DNA of 64,000 bases from a bacterium (GTDB lineage Bacteria; SAR324; NAC60-12). Positions 48,701-59,254 of the stretch are shown here, in pieces. The stretch spans positions 3,936,001-4,000,000 of the forward strand of contig OZ242383.1 in the NCBI GenBank assembly GCA_965209155.1, read 5' to 3'. A program made the position numbers and the translations under genes. Under the pieces are notes generated by a model. It was not told the origin of the DNA and searched no databases. It saw nothing but the letters and a program-made list of their open reading frames with translations. Every line of letters starts with the position of its first letter. Within the stretch, counting starts at the first letter, position 1.

Positions 48701-48913
48701 AATTCAGTATTCTTTCCCGGTGTTGAAGTTAGTAAAAAGTGTTAATATTGATTTGAAAAAATAACTCAGAATTTAATAAACCATAGTTGAACTTTGATTT
48801 GTTGATTCATAGGTTTCAAATTTACTATTTGTCTGGCAGGGAATGGTCCGGCAATTGGAAAATCAACCTCAAAACATAAGAATTTTCCACTAAGCATTCG
48901 CATAAGAAAAGAG

Positions 48914-49348
48914 ATGATGAATGAGTATGTTAAAGATCGGCTGTTGCGTGAACAACATGAAATAAATAAGAAGTTGCTGGAAGTTCAAAATCGTACGCCC
49001 TATGTGAGCACATCCACCAAAGAGTGTCAGCCTCCTGTAAATGAACCGGTTTATGACCTTTATTGGCAGCAGGAATTACTGCATTTAAAGCTCGAACTCC
49101 CCGGTGTTTCAGAAGAAAATATTACGGTGGACCTCACCCCCAACTATTTGAGAATCACTGGTAAAGTCAACGAAATAAAAAATCGAGAACAGGCGGAATT
49201 TCTTATTTCCAAATGCAAGCAAGGCCCTTTTGAATACTTGCTCAATCTGCCAACTCCGCAGATGATGACTACCCGACCACCGGAACTGAAAAATGGTGTG
49301 TTGTACATACAACTCAAATTAAATAATGAGAGTGATGAGAATCGCTGA
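48914..49348 (+). CDS. Hsp20/alpha-crystallin family protein
   Basis: D.Y......L.LELPGV..E.I.V, L.I.G, G.F...L.LP, LKNGVL.I.L. Confidence 0.85.
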   Translation: MMNEYVKDRLLREQHEINKKLLEVQNRTPYVSTSTKECQPPVNEPVYDLYWQQELLHLKLELPGVSEENITVDLTPNYLRITGKVNEIKNREQAEFLISKCKQGPFEYLLNLPTPQMMTTRPPELKNGVLYIQLKLNNESDENR

Positions 49349-49365
49349 GGCAAATACCGTTCTGT

Positions 49366-49442
49366 CGGGGTGTGGCGCAGTCTGGTAGCGCGCATCGTTC
49401 GGGACGATGAGGTCGCTGGTTCGATCCCAGTCACCCCGACCA
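49366..49442 (+). tRNA. tRNA-Pro(CGG)
   Basis: Cloverleaf; anticodon arm CATCG-TTCGGGA-CGATG; GGTTCGATCC T-arm; encoded CCA. Confidence 0.98.
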
Positions 49443-49636
49443 AATATTTATGGTAATCCGTGATTTTCATTTAATCAATTCCTCTTTCCAAGATTCGATG
49501 GCGGAAATGAAATTTCAGCTCTAAGAAGTGCGTTCCTGGGAATCACATTATCAGGGCAACAGTAGCAAATTCAGATGAATTCATCCTTTTAACCTCTTTG
49601 TTGATGATTCCAGACAAATTCCGGTCGTCCCATGAA

Positions 49637-50419
49637 ATGAAGAAAGAGACACTGAATCCGGATGAGGTCCATTTATGGTTTGTGTTCCCCGAAGAAATTC
49701 AGACTCCTGATCTGCTATCCGCATACCAACAGTTATTGAGCAAAGATGAGAAAGTTAAAAAACAGCGTATTCGTTATGAGAGATTGAGACATCAATACTT
49801 GATTTCACGTGCCTTTGTCCGTACTACCTTATCTCGCTATTGCTCCACTCACCCAGCCGAGTGGAGCTTCTATAAAAATAAGCACGGTCGACCTGAAATC
49901 ATTCCAAGAAGGGATGCACCTGAATTGCGCTTCAATCTCTCCCATACACGCGGTTTGATGAGCTGTGGAGTGGCATTGCGAGAGGATATCGGGGTAGATG
50001 TGGAAGAGATATGCCAACGAAAAATCTTGTTGGAAATTGCTCAAAAACATTTTTCTGCCAGGGAGGTAGATGATTTATCCAATCTCTTACCCCATCAACA
50101 GAAAGATCGCTTTTTTGATTACTGGACTCTCAAGGAATCTTATATCAAGGCTCGTGGTAGGGGTTTGTCTCTGCCTCTCAATCGATTCTGTTTTCAACTT
50201 TCCCCAAGCCGGTCTCTCAGCATCTTTTTCGATCCCGGTCTTCGGGAAAATTCAAAGGACTGGCAATTCTGGTTGCTGAAACCAACTCCCCAGCACAAAG
50301 CGAGCGTTGCAATCCATCGCCAAACAAATTTCAGGTATTCGCTGGTGATTCGACAAATTGTCCCTTTGTCAATCTCGCGACCGATGGCTTGTCCAATACT
50401 CCAACAATCCCGGAACTAA
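49637..50419 (+). CDS. 4'-phosphopantetheinyl transferase (Sfp-type); start uncertain
   Basis: N.HGRP, FNLSHT, IGVDVE, WTLKESYIKA.G.GL. Confidence 0.93.
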   Translation: MKKETLNPDEVHLWFVFPEEIQTPDLLSAYQQLLSKDEKVKKQRIRYERLRHQYLISRAFVRTTLSRYCSTHPAEWSFYKNKHGRPEIIPRRDAPELRFNLSHTRGLMSCGVALREDIGVDVEEICQRKILLEIAQKHFSAREVDDLSNLLPHQQKDRFFDYWTLKESYIKARGRGLSLPLNRFCFQLSPSRSLSIFFDPGLRENSKDWQFWLLKPTPQHKASVAIHRQTNFRYSLVIRQIVPLSISRPMACPILQQSRN

Positions 50420-50499
50420 AGGTTTTGTTGGAATACATTGATTGGATCGAACTGTCGTTTTTTTGCGGAGTATGCGCATTAAATAGTCGAATGGAAGTG

Positions 50500-51588
50500 T
50501 TAGTGAGATGGATTGGTATAGGTCGTTTTAGGGTTCAAGATGTTGGGATTGCCATCCAAAATGTAGTTTTGAGCCGCCTTCCATTGATTATCGGTACTTA
50601 TTGGAGATTCGATTTCAAATCCTGCATCTTTTATCATTTGAATGGTTTTGTTCGCCTTGTGACCTCTTGTAACCAAGTAGCCTTCTATGAACAATGAATT
50701 TGCCGGATAAAGCGCCAATGCCTGTAAATCCCTCAAATGCCCTTCGCGCCCCCCTCCAATCCGTATTTCGACCTCTGGATTCGTAAACCGAAACATGCAA
50801 AGGATTTTTAAACACCGGAGAGGGGTCAGTTGATTGAAATCGTAAAGAGGATTTCCCGGGATTGGAACCAAAAAATTAATTGGAATGGAGGGTACCTTCA
50901 TTTTTCTGAGTTCATAGGCGACATCTAAGATATCTTGGTTTGTTTCTCCCATTCCGACTATCATACCACTGCACAACTCGAGTCGAGCTTCTTTCGCTGA
51001 TTTCAGAGTTTCCACTCTGTCTCTGAAGCTATGGGTGGTGACGATGTCAGGAGTATGTCTTTCACTCGTGTTCAAATTATGATTGAGACGATCCAACCCG
51101 GCGTCTTTTAAAATTTTTGCCTGAACTTTACTGATAATTCCCACAGACAGACAGGTTTTGATTCCCACTTCTTGGTTGATTCTTTTTATTGCACTGGCCA
51201 GACGAAGTACTCTTTTATTGGTAGGTCCTCTCCCGCTCGAGACCATACAATAGCGATACGCGCCACGTTGTTTTGCTTCATGCGCTTCACGGACAATCTC
51301 GTCTTCTTCCTTTAAGGGATATTTTTTAATGGGTGCCGTGGTGATTTTCGATTGTCCGCAATATCCGCAATCCTCGGGACACAGACCATTTTGGATATTA
51401 TTGATTTGATGTAACTTCACTCGTCGGCCGTAAAATTTCATGCGCACTCGACCTGCCGCATAGACCAATGGCAAAATGTCGACACACTCATCTTCCAGGA
51501 TGGATTGGGCATCTTCACGAGGGAAAATATCATCCTTGAGCGACCGTTCTACCCATTTTTCCAGCTTTTCATTCTTCTCAGGCCGCAT
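50500..51588 (-). CDS. bioB: Biotin synthase
   Basis: CPEDCGYCGQS, NHNLNTS, CSG.IVGMGE, SIPINFL, GGRE. Confidence 0.96.
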   Translation of the reverse strand: MRPEKNEKLEKWVERSLKDDIFPREDAQSILEDECVDILPLVYAAGRVRMKFYGRRVKLHQINNIQNGLCPEDCGYCGQSKITTAPIKKYPLKEEDEIVREAHEAKQRGAYRYCMVSSGRGPTNKRVLRLASAIKRINQEVGIKTCLSVGIISKVQAKILKDAGLDRLNHNLNTSERHTPDIVTTHSFRDRVETLKSAKEARLELCSGMIVGMGETNQDILDVAYELRKMKVPSIPINFLVPIPGNPLYDFNQLTPLRCLKILCMFRFTNPEVEIRIGGGREGHLRDLQALALYPANSLFIEGYLVTRGHKANKTIQMIKDAGFEIESPISTDNQWKAAQNYILDGNPNILNPKTTYTNPSH

Positions 51589-52864
51589 CGAGTTGTCCCT
51601 CCTCATCAAACAGGAAAGGTGCGGGAGCACTCAACGCCTCCATTTGTGGATGAGATTTTACTTGCTCCAGCAGGGGTTCGGAAACCATGATATCCGTGAC
51701 CTCAAGGGTGTTTTTGATGCGCACGATTTTACAATCCAAAGGCTCCACACGCATACATGTTTTGACAGCGAGTTGCACAGCTTCTTTTGAAGTATTCATA
51801 ATGATCGGAATTGCTCCTCCTCTCAAAGCGGCCGAAGTGATCACATTGGCATAAGTGGACTCGATGTCGACTTGCCGATACAGCTTCATGGTGATCACAT
51901 CAGCCCCACCTAAGCCGGTGGCATTGCCTTTGGTTTCCCTGGTCAAGTCGAGCAGCACAATCTTTTGAATGGAAGGACCTCCCCAACCCGGAACACCTTT
52001 GTTACCTGTGACATTAGGATCAAAGCCGGCCCCGCTGATATTCTTACCGATCTCATCGATGACCAGCACGTCAATTTGATCGAATAGCAATCTACCCATC
52101 ATCTGCTTCGATTTTGCCTGCAAATCGATTTCTCGCTCAAATAGGGATTCCACGGGAATGGCCTCCACAATGGTAGTTTCGTCAAGAGCATTTTCCACTA
52201 ATCCTATACCAAATAGAAAAGGGCGCTCCTTAATTATTACCTCAGCCACTTGAGGAAGTACTTTTGGAAAGGTGCTCATACCATGATGGTGGTATGTAGT
52301 GGCGGCTTTGATCTTTCCCATGCCAATGGACATCATTTTTACAATACCGCTTTCGATTGATCCGCGATAAGAAGTGTGGGGTTTGATGCGATTGATCAGT
52401 ACTATTCCATCGGCCTCTGCTGCGTATTTGTCAATAAAAACTGGTGTCCCATCCGCCAGACTGGGCAACTCGACTGTGTCCATGGTGGCTCGAACCGGAC
52501 AGTCCATGCTTTCATCACTAATTCCATATCCTGCCAGAACTCCTCGCTGTCCTTCTGCCGTCGCTCCACCATGGCTACCCATGGCCGGAAAAATAAAAGG
52601 ATGGGCTCCTCGTTTTTTTATTTCTGCAACCACTGTTTTCGTCACAAGCGCGATGTTGGCCACACCTCGACTACCGCAACCAACGGCAATTGATTCGCCG
52701 GATTTAATTTTTGAGGCGATATCTTCACGAAGAAATTCGGTCCGCAAGGCACCTTCGATGTCATTAATGCGAGTTGTATCAAATTGAACTTTCACGGGCA
52801 TCATATTTGGAAGTGGGAAGTTCAATCCACCTGAAATATTTGTTTTAATGTTTTCACCAATCAT
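51578..52864 (-). CDS. LarA-like (lactate racemase N-terminal domain) protein
   Basis: GSRG.ANI, PAMGSHGGATAEGQ, NRIKPHT, GKNISG.G.DPNV. Confidence 0.8.
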   Translation of the reverse strand: MIGENIKTNISGGLNFPLPNMMPVKVQFDTTRINDIEGALRTEFLREDIASKIKSGESIAVGCGSRGVANIALVTKTVVAEIKKRGAHPFIFPAMGSHGGATAEGQRGVLAGYGISDESMDCPVRATMDTVELPSLADGTPVFIDKYAAEADGIVLINRIKPHTSYRGSIESGIVKMMSIGMGKIKAATTYHHHGMSTFPKVLPQVAEVIIKERPFLFGIGLVENALDETTIVEAIPVESLFEREIDLQAKSKQMMGRLLFDQIDVLVIDEIGKNISGAGFDPNVTGNKGVPGWGGPSIQKIVLLDLTRETKGNATGLGGADVITMKLYRQVDIESTYANVITSAALRGGAIPIIMNTSKEAVQLAVKTCMRVEPLDCKIVRIKNTLEVTDIMVSEPLLEQVKSHPQMEALSAPAPFLFDEEGQLDAA

Positions 52865-52971
52865 TGTTTCCCTCAGCGAAATTGTTTTGGGGGTTAGAAG
52901 AATTTTTTAGATTAAATAGCGAATTTTCCTCTTCTCTTTGAGGAAGGTCAAGAAAAAAAAGAAGCAGCGCC

Positions 52972-53268
52972 TTACGTACGTTTTCCAAATGCAGTTTGCC
53001 ATGCTAAATAGTGCTGGTCTAAAGCTTGCCGAATATACGTTTTGATTACGGCTTGACGACTGATGTTTAACTCCTTTGCAACTGCATCTAATTCTTTTAG
53101 CATCTCAATATTAAAATCGACATTAACCCTTTGAATTTTATCTTTGCCAAGAGGAGGTCTTACTTTAAAGCTATTTGTGAAATATTTTGAAACGTCTTCC
53201 CCATTGGCGGCCATTTCAGATATTTCATCTATCGTGGGAGCATTGTTTTTCTTAGATGTTTTCTTCAT
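52972..53268 (-). CDS. CopG/RHH (BrnA-like) antitoxin
   Basis: GEDVS.YF, RVNVDF....L.ELD..A..LNISRQAVIK. Confidence 0.82.
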   Translation of the reverse strand: MKKTSKKNNAPTIDEISEMAANGEDVSKYFTNSFKVRPPLGKDKIQRVNVDFNIEMLKELDAVAKELNISRQAVIKTYIRQALDQHYLAWQTAFGKRT

Positions 53269-53710
53269 AAGTTTTCATCTCCTGTTTAGTGGCTTTCCAA
53301 AGCGTGACAAGATGATAGTATTCTCCCTCCTTATCTTCCCGCGCTTCATACACAACAGTATACAGTTTTCCTTGTACCCAGCCTGTTGCTCGATATTGAT
53401 TGGGATAATCAACCTCCACCAGCATCACAACTTGAGGATCTCCCTGGAACTCACTCCATTCAGGGTTCCATGTGACACAATGCACGGATTCCGCATTGGC
53501 TTTCGTGAGCGAACGCATGATATCGAAGTGATGAACCAAGGCTTCAATCAGCAGGGGATCCGCAATGTCATAGGGGTACTCCAATCCCCATTGTCCGCGT
53601 TTGCGACAGGTCCATGTGTTACGTCCCACCAGATAGTCCAAACGACCATAGTGGCCCGAATGAATTTGGCGTTGCAGAGTTTGTTTGTCTTGATTGAAGC
53701 GGTGGCTCAT
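53252..53710 (-). pseudogene. Chimeric ORF: Gfo/Idh/MocA-like oxidoreductase fragment fused to a BrnT-like toxin C-terminus
   Basis: N-part R...D...L...I.SG.YG.L...LLIE..VHHFDIMR; C-part G....KLYTVVYE.R......LVTLWKATK.E...YE overlapping the antitoxin start. Confidence 0.55.
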
Positions 53711-53725
53711 CTCCTTATTGCTATT

Positions 53726-54817
53726 CTAGGGATTTCCTCCGGAGGGAAGGACATCGGCCAGTTGGTCACGGACCCCGTGGGGGTCGAAGAGGGCTTCTAC
53801 CTGAGCCCAAGTGGTGGGATCCACCGGGATGCCTTGGGTCAATCGCTCTTGGCGCGTCTTGGCAGATCTTTCCCCCGGAAAGAAAACCCCGCTCGATCCT
53901 TCCATCAGGGGGGTGTTTTGAAGGTATCTCATCATCTGTTGGACCTCGGCCCGGATGGTTTCCAGGGGCGCCATGCGGCCCAGGTCGATGACGAGTATCG
54001 TGGATCCTGCCCACAGATCCATCTTTCTTGGAGGGGAAGCGATCTGGCCAAGAAGTGCCCCGAAAAGCGCGACCATGACCGAGAGCGCATATCCCTTGTG
54101 GCCCCCTTGCATCCCGCCGACGGGTAAGTGTGCCCCACCATCGAAGAAATCGTTAGGGTTCCGACTGGGGACCCCATGCTTATCAATGATCCAAGTATCA
54201 GGAAGCTCCTGTTCCTTGTTACGGTACACCCGTAGCGTCCCATCAGCTGCCATAGAGCTAGCCAGATCAATAAGGATGGGGGCGCCTTCGGCATGAGGAA
54301 ATGCCATCGCTAAAGGGTTCGTCCCCAGTCGGGCCTCACGTCCTCCGAAGGGAGCCACGGTGGCGTATGGTCCTCCAGCCCAGCCCGAGAACATGAGGGC
54401 AGCCATGCCGGCCGCTGCTGCCATTTCGGGGTAGGCTCCGATTCGACCCGTATTGGTATGGTTTCCCATCGTCACCAAGCTGAATCCATGATCACGAGCC
54501 TTCTCGATCGCCATTTCAGTCGCTCGTGTGGCAACCACCTGACCAAAGGTAGAATGGCCATCGATCTGGAGGATCGCCCCATGGTTGCCAACAACTTCCG
54601 GCTCTGCCTTCGGATCAAGTTCTCCGTCCTCAATGTTTTTCAGGTACTGGGGGATGCGAATGAACCCATGGGAATCGTATCCCGCAAGATTGGCATTGCC
54701 CAGGTGGTCTGCGACGATACCAGCGTGGCCGGCCGTGGCTCCTCCCGCCTGCATCATCACATCGGTTATCCGGACAATCTGATGTTTCGTCAATATTGGC
54801 ATGTTCAGCTCCTTCAT
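53726..54817 (-). CDS. Ldh_2 family (malate/L-lactate/ureidoglycolate-type) oxidoreductase
   Basis: G.DSHG..RIP.Y, GRIG.Y, LGTNP.A, GGHKGY.L, PGE. Confidence 0.92.
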   Translation of the reverse strand: MKELNMPILTKHQIVRITDVMMQAGGATAGHAGIVADHLGNANLAGYDSHGFIRIPQYLKNIEDGELDPKAEPEVVGNHGAILQIDGHSTFGQVVATRATEMAIEKARDHGFSLVTMGNHTNTGRIGAYPEMAAAAGMAALMFSGWAGGPYATVAPFGGREARLGTNPLAMAFPHAEGAPILIDLASSMAADGTLRVYRNKEQELPDTWIIDKHGVPSRNPNDFFDGGAHLPVGGMQGGHKGYALSVMVALFGALLGQIASPPRKMDLWAGSTILVIDLGRMAPLETIRAEVQQMMRYLQNTPLMEGSSGVFFPGERSAKTRQERLTQGIPVDPTTWAQVEALFDPHGVRDQLADVLPSGGNP

Positions 54818-54831
54818 ATTCAGTTAGATAG

Positions 54832-54866
54832 CTCCCCTCCCCTGGAGGGAGGGGTTGGGGGAGGAG
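54832..54866. repeat. REP-like palindrome CTCCCCTCCC-CTGGA-GGGAGGGG
   Basis: Hairpin seen between the ATPase and Ldh_2 genes. Confidence 0.6.
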
Positions 54867-54890
54867 GATAATTGGTTTTAAAACAGCTTC

Positions 54891-55982
54891 TTAGCGGTGA
54901 TAGAGGGAATCGCCCTCGTGGAAGACGTGAATTTTGGGGGGCTTGGCGGTCAGTTTGACCGTGTTGCCGCGCAAACCTGTATGGATGCCCGGCAGCTTTG
55001 CGAGCATGGCATCCTTGTCCTGCACCCGGTCAAAGTGGAGCAGGGTCACCTCGCCCAATTCCTCGGTGATGCTCACCTTGCCCTCGAATATATAATCGCC
55101 GTCGGTTTCTACCAAATCCTCCGGCCGAACCCCAACCTTGACCTTCAGGCCTTCCTCCGAGCTTCGCGTCGGGGCAGCCGAGACGGCAACCCCGCCGGTC
55201 ACGAGTTTGATGGTGGTCTGCTCTCCCGTGCCGACGACTTCGCCGGGAAGCAGGTTCATGGCGGGTGAGCCGATGAACTGGGCGACAAACTCGTTTTGGG
55301 GCCGGGTATACAGTTCCAACGGTCTGCCGACCTGAGCAATGCGCCCACCGGGGGTGAGCAACACGATGCGGTTCGCCAGGGTCATGGCCTCCACCTGATC
55401 GTGGGTCACGTAGATCATGGTGCTCTCGGGCATCGACTCCTTGAGCTGGGCAATCTCAATCCGGGTGGCCACCCGCAAGGCGGCATCCAGATTGGAGAGC
55501 GGCTCGTCGAACAGGTAAACCTTGGGGTCACGCACGATCGCTCTACCGATGGCCACCCGCTGACGCTGGCCGCCGGAGAGCGCCTTGGGCAGTCGTTCGA
55601 GATAGGGCTCCATCTGGAGAATCCGCGCGGCCTGCGTGACGGTGGTATTGATCACCTGACGCGACTTCCTGGCAAGCTCGAGGGCAAAGCTCATGTTCTT
55701 GCGCACGTTCATGTGCGGATACAAGCCATAGGACTGGAACACCATCGCGATACCACGCTGGGCCGGTGGCACATCGTTGACGACCTGCCCTTCGATCTCC
55801 AGCGTGCCCGACGTGATGGTCTCAAGCCCGGCGATCATGCGCAATAGGGTCGTCTTGCCACAGCCTGACGGCCCGAGTAAGACGATCAGTTCACCCTGCT
55901 CGATATCAAGATTGATCTCCTCGAGGGCCTTGACCGCTCCTCCATAGATTTTTTCGACGTTGGTCAGCTTCATTTCGGACAT
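54891..55982 (-). CDS. Carbohydrate ABC transporter ATP-binding protein (AglK/MalK-like)
   Basis: GPSGCGKT, LSGGQRQR, YLFDEPLSNLD, TOBE tail; GGAGGA RBS. Confidence 0.95.
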   Translation of the reverse strand: MSEMKLTNVEKIYGGAVKALEEINLDIEQGELIVLLGPSGCGKTTLLRMIAGLETITSGTLEIEGQVVNDVPPAQRGIAMVFQSYGLYPHMNVRKNMSFALELARKSRQVINTTVTQAARILQMEPYLERLPKALSGGQRQRVAIGRAIVRDPKVYLFDEPLSNLDAALRVATRIEIAQLKESMPESTMIYVTHDQVEAMTLANRIVLLTPGGRIAQVGRPLELYTRPQNEFVAQFIGSPAMNLLPGEVVGTGEQTTIKLVTGGVAVSAAPTRSSEEGLKVKVGVRPEDLVETDGDYIFEGKVSITEELGEVTLLHFDRVQDKDAMLAKLPGIHTGLRGNTVKLTAKPPKIHVFHEGDSLYHR

Positions 55983-56029
55983 TGGTCCTCCCTGTTTATA
56001 TAGGGGTAGCGGTGTTTTTAGAATTCTAT

Positions 56030-57193
56030 TCACCCTTTGATCGATCCGGCCAACAGGCCACGCGCGAAATATCGTTGCATGGTCAAGAAGACCACCAACG
56101 GCACCGCCATGGAAATGAAGGTCGACGTCGCAATGAGTTCCCAGTTGCCATGCCACATTCCAAGCAATTTGGTAAGTTTATGTGTCATGACCTCGTTGTC
56201 ACCGGTGTTGTCGTGCAGAAACACCATGGGCCCCAGGAGATCGTTAAACGTCCACAGAAACTGGACGATCGCCCACGAGGCGAGCGCCGGAATGCTGAGC
56301 GGCAGAATGATCCTGATAAAAATCTGGAAATCAGTCGCACCGTCGAGCTTGGCGTTTTCGATAATTTCACGCGGTATGCCGGCCATGTAGTTGTGCAAAA
56401 GAAAGAGGGCGAACGGAAGTGTGAACGCGGAATGGGCGAGCCACATGCCCAGAAAGCTCTTTCCGATACCGATGTCCAGATGCAGCTTCAGTATGGGGAT
56501 CAAGGAAATATGGGGCGGAAAGGCAAGGCCCACGACGACTGCCGCGATCAACAATGCATTGCCTCGGAATTTCATCCAGGCAAGCGCGTAGGCGGCAAAT
56601 GCGGCCATCACGATCGGGATAATCGTCGACGGAATTGCCATGATCAGCGTGTTGAGAAAGGCCTTCGTCATAGTTTGGCTGTTCTTCTTGTCGAACAGCA
56701 TAAAGTAGTAATTTTCGAGCGTAAATTCGGGTGGCCCTCTTGTCGTGACGAATACGCGTTGTCCGCGACCGCTCAACTGATCGTCGTTGCCGCGCCAGAC
56801 GTAGTCGCCGTTAGCCTGAACAGTGATACTTTCGCCGTCTCCCAGGTCGGCCACGTCACCAGGAACATAGGCATCAATCGCTCGCGACGAGGTGCCCCAG
56901 ACGGTAATCTTCTTCGAGGCCCCCTCGCCGAACAGGTTGCCCGAGACCGTAAAGACGTCGCCGTCAGCCACGCGAAAGTCGTCCGGATCGGCGGCCCGGT
57001 GAATTTCGTTTATCTCTAATGGAAAGAGCGCTAACCACCATCCTGAAGAATAGATCTGGGCTCTGGTTCGTAACGAAGAGACGAACAGACCCAGCGTCGG
57101 AGCCACCCACACCGCGACCAGCAAAGCGACTGTGATGCGCACGACCCATCTGTTGAGCAATGATTTGGTTTCTACTATTCCGTCCATGTTCAA
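56030..57193 (-). CDS. Carbohydrate ABC permease (AglG-like)
   Basis: IPREIIENA.LDGA.DFQIF..I.LPLS; QRYF.RGLLAGS.KG; long periplasmic insert. Confidence 0.93.
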   Translation of the reverse strand: MNMDGIVETKSLLNRWVVRITVALLVAVWVAPTLGLFVSSLRTRAQIYSSGWWLALFPLEINEIHRAADPDDFRVADGDVFTVSGNLFGEGASKKITVWGTSSRAIDAYVPGDVADLGDGESITVQANGDYVWRGNDDQLSGRGQRVFVTTRGPPEFTLENYYFMLFDKKNSQTMTKAFLNTLIMAIPSTIIPIVMAAFAAYALAWMKFRGNALLIAAVVVGLAFPPHISLIPILKLHLDIGIGKSFLGMWLAHSAFTLPFALFLLHNYMAGIPREIIENAKLDGATDFQIFIRIILPLSIPALASWAIVQFLWTFNDLLGPMVFLHDNTGDNEVMTHKLTKLLGMWHGNWELIATSTFISMAVPLVVFLTMQRYFARGLLAGSIKG

Positions 57194-57206
57194 TCTTCCC
57201 TATTTC

Positions 57207-58418
57207 TTAGCGGTTTCTGTACACATTATAGATCATAATCGGCGACACGAGCAGCACCAGGATTATCACAGAGGCCGACCCGACGCCAAAGTCGAGGTCT
57301 ACGAACAGCGTGCGGTACAAGTAATTTGCCAGGACCTCCGTTTCCCAATTACCGTAGGTCATCGTAAAGACAATGTCGAAAACCCTCAACGCGACCACAA
57401 AGATCATGGTCCACACCACGACGATTGTGCCGATGATTTGCGGGATCTTGATGCGGAAAAATAACTGGAAGGGCTTCGCGCCGTCGATGATGGCGGCCTC
57501 AACCGTTTCCTGCGGAATGCCGCGCAGTGCCGCCGAAAGGATCACCATGGCTAAGCCGGTCTGGGTCCAGATCAAAGCGGCCATCAGGAAGAAATTGTTC
57601 CAATACGGTATCGACAGCCAGGATTGGGGTTTGCCGTAAGTCCAGGTGATCGTGAACACATCGATCACGTTCAGAAGCGCCAGGATGGCAAGATAGGCCG
57701 CTACCGCGCCGGCAACTGTTCGCAGAGCCGCGCCGATGTTTCCGCCTTTTCGTTCTTCCGGAATGAAGAAGGGGCGCAGGAACAGGTAACAGACATACGC
57801 CGCCACCGCGGCGAAGCCCAACAGGATGATGGCTGGGAATATCCGCAGAAAAAAAAACGAGCCGATCCCGCCTTCGAACTGCATCCAGACCGCGTTGAGA
57901 ACCCCTACCTCGGTGCGGCCATCATAGATCAGCAAGAAGGCCATCGAGGCGCCGACAAACGAGTACGCCATGGGCATGAAGATGAACGTCCTGGCGATGT
58001 TGCCCCAGGCAATGCGGTCCGTCAGTTGGGCGACCAAGAGACCAATCGTCGTCGACGCAGTGGGTACGACGCTCAGCCACAAAATGTCGTTGCGCCACGC
58101 TTCCAAGAACATTTTTTGACTGAACATCTCCTGATAATTCGCAAGACCGACAAACGCACCGCCCGCATCGCGGTCGGTGAAAGACAAGCGCAGTGTTTCG
58201 AAAATCGGGTAGACCAGGTAGACCCCCCCCACGAAAATGACCGGGAAGCTGAACAACCACGGCCGGATCATGTTGGCACGATTGATGTTATCTCCGGCGT
58301 TCTTGCCGCGCGGCGGGAACAGGACTTTGTCGAGCAACTGATTGGAGAGGTAGAAGTAACCAAGGCAACCACCGACACCGATGATGATGATGATGAGACC
58401 CTGGAGTGCCGTGTTCAT
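57207..58418 (-). CDS. Carbohydrate ABC permease (AglF-like)
   Basis: FVGLANY, SAALRGIP.ETVEAA.IDGA motifs. Confidence 0.93.
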   Translation of the reverse strand: MNTALQGLIIIIIGVGGCLGYFYLSNQLLDKVLFPPRGKNAGDNINRANMIRPWLFSFPVIFVGGVYLVYPIFETLRLSFTDRDAGGAFVGLANYQEMFSQKMFLEAWRNDILWLSVVPTASTTIGLLVAQLTDRIAWGNIARTFIFMPMAYSFVGASMAFLLIYDGRTEVGVLNAVWMQFEGGIGSFFFLRIFPAIILLGFAAVAAYVCYLFLRPFFIPEERKGGNIGAALRTVAGAVAAYLAILALLNVIDVFTITWTYGKPQSWLSIPYWNNFFLMAALIWTQTGLAMVILSAALRGIPQETVEAAIIDGAKPFQLFFRIKIPQIIGTIVVVWTMIFVVALRVFDIVFTMTYGNWETEVLANYLYRTLFVDLDFGVGSASVIILVLLVSPIMIYNVYRNR

Positions 58419-58510
58419 GTCCGCGATCCGTCTTAAATATAGTCCATGTGTGTTATTGTCCTAATAAGCTCATCCATCACAGGGAGGAGGCTGTGAATAC
58501 TTTCTTTGGT

Positions 58511-59176
58511 TTACCCACCAGTGGCCCAGTCCACACCATTCAGAACGATCTTCTGAAACTCCGCGGTCTGACAACTCTGCCCATCATGCCCCAGCAAAAA
58601 AACGAAGACTTTTCCATCGCCATACTTGCGAGTCCACCCTAAGGGTACGGACCCTCCCGGAAAATCTTCGCTTGTACCAGTGATGAAGACATCATTACCG
58701 TCTCTGTACGCAAGACCCATGTAGAGTTCATCGTATGTCGTGAAGTCTGCTACGCCGTGGACCCCCGGATGTTCCGGATCGCTCACCTTCACGGTGACCT
58801 TGCCGTAAGGGGGATGGAAGCTTTTTCCGTCAATCCAGCCTCCGCCGGTAATGTCGTGGTATTCCAGCCAGTTGTAAGGCAGATAACAGGCGATGTGGAG
58901 ACAGACGAGGCCTTTACCCGAGCTTATAAAATCTTTTATCCCAACTTGTTCGTTTTCGGACCAGGTAAAAGGTCCGTGGTTGAAACGTAAGCTGTTATCC
59001 CGTTGCGTATTGAAGACCAGCGCATCGTAGCCTTTCATGGTGGCAGGCTCTCTCAGGACGGAAGCGTCTTCCGTAACGCGAACCCCATGACCGGCCGCCT
59101 TCAGGAAATCTTCAATAATGGGCGTGGTTACCACATAGGGGTGGTACATTCCTCCAGAAATTATCAGCAGCTTCAT
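58511..59176 (-). CDS. ThuA-like (class I glutamine amidotransferase fold) protein
   Basis: GKG.V.LH, HP, DELY, WTR.YG.G.VF...LGHD. Confidence 0.88.
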   Translation of the reverse strand: MKLLIISGGMYHPYVVTTPIIEDFLKAAGHGVRVTEDASVLREPATMKGYDALVFNTQRDNSLRFNHGPFTWSENEQVGIKDFISSGKGLVCLHIACYLPYNWLEYHDITGGGWIDGKSFHPPYGKVTVKVSDPEHPGVHGVADFTTYDELYMGLAYRDGNDVFITGTSEDFPGGSVPLGWTRKYGDGKVFVFLLGHDGQSCQTAEFQKIVLNGVDWATGG

Positions 59177-59254
59177 TGATTACCTCCTGAAATTGTTTGA
59201 TCGGATACCATGATTACCTCCTAAAATTGCCGCTTTTGGCCCTTTAATGGTTGA

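Noticed and set aside
49366..49442. tRNA-anchored genomic island
   Set aside because: No integrase next to the tRNA and no duplicate of its 3' end noticed in the window.
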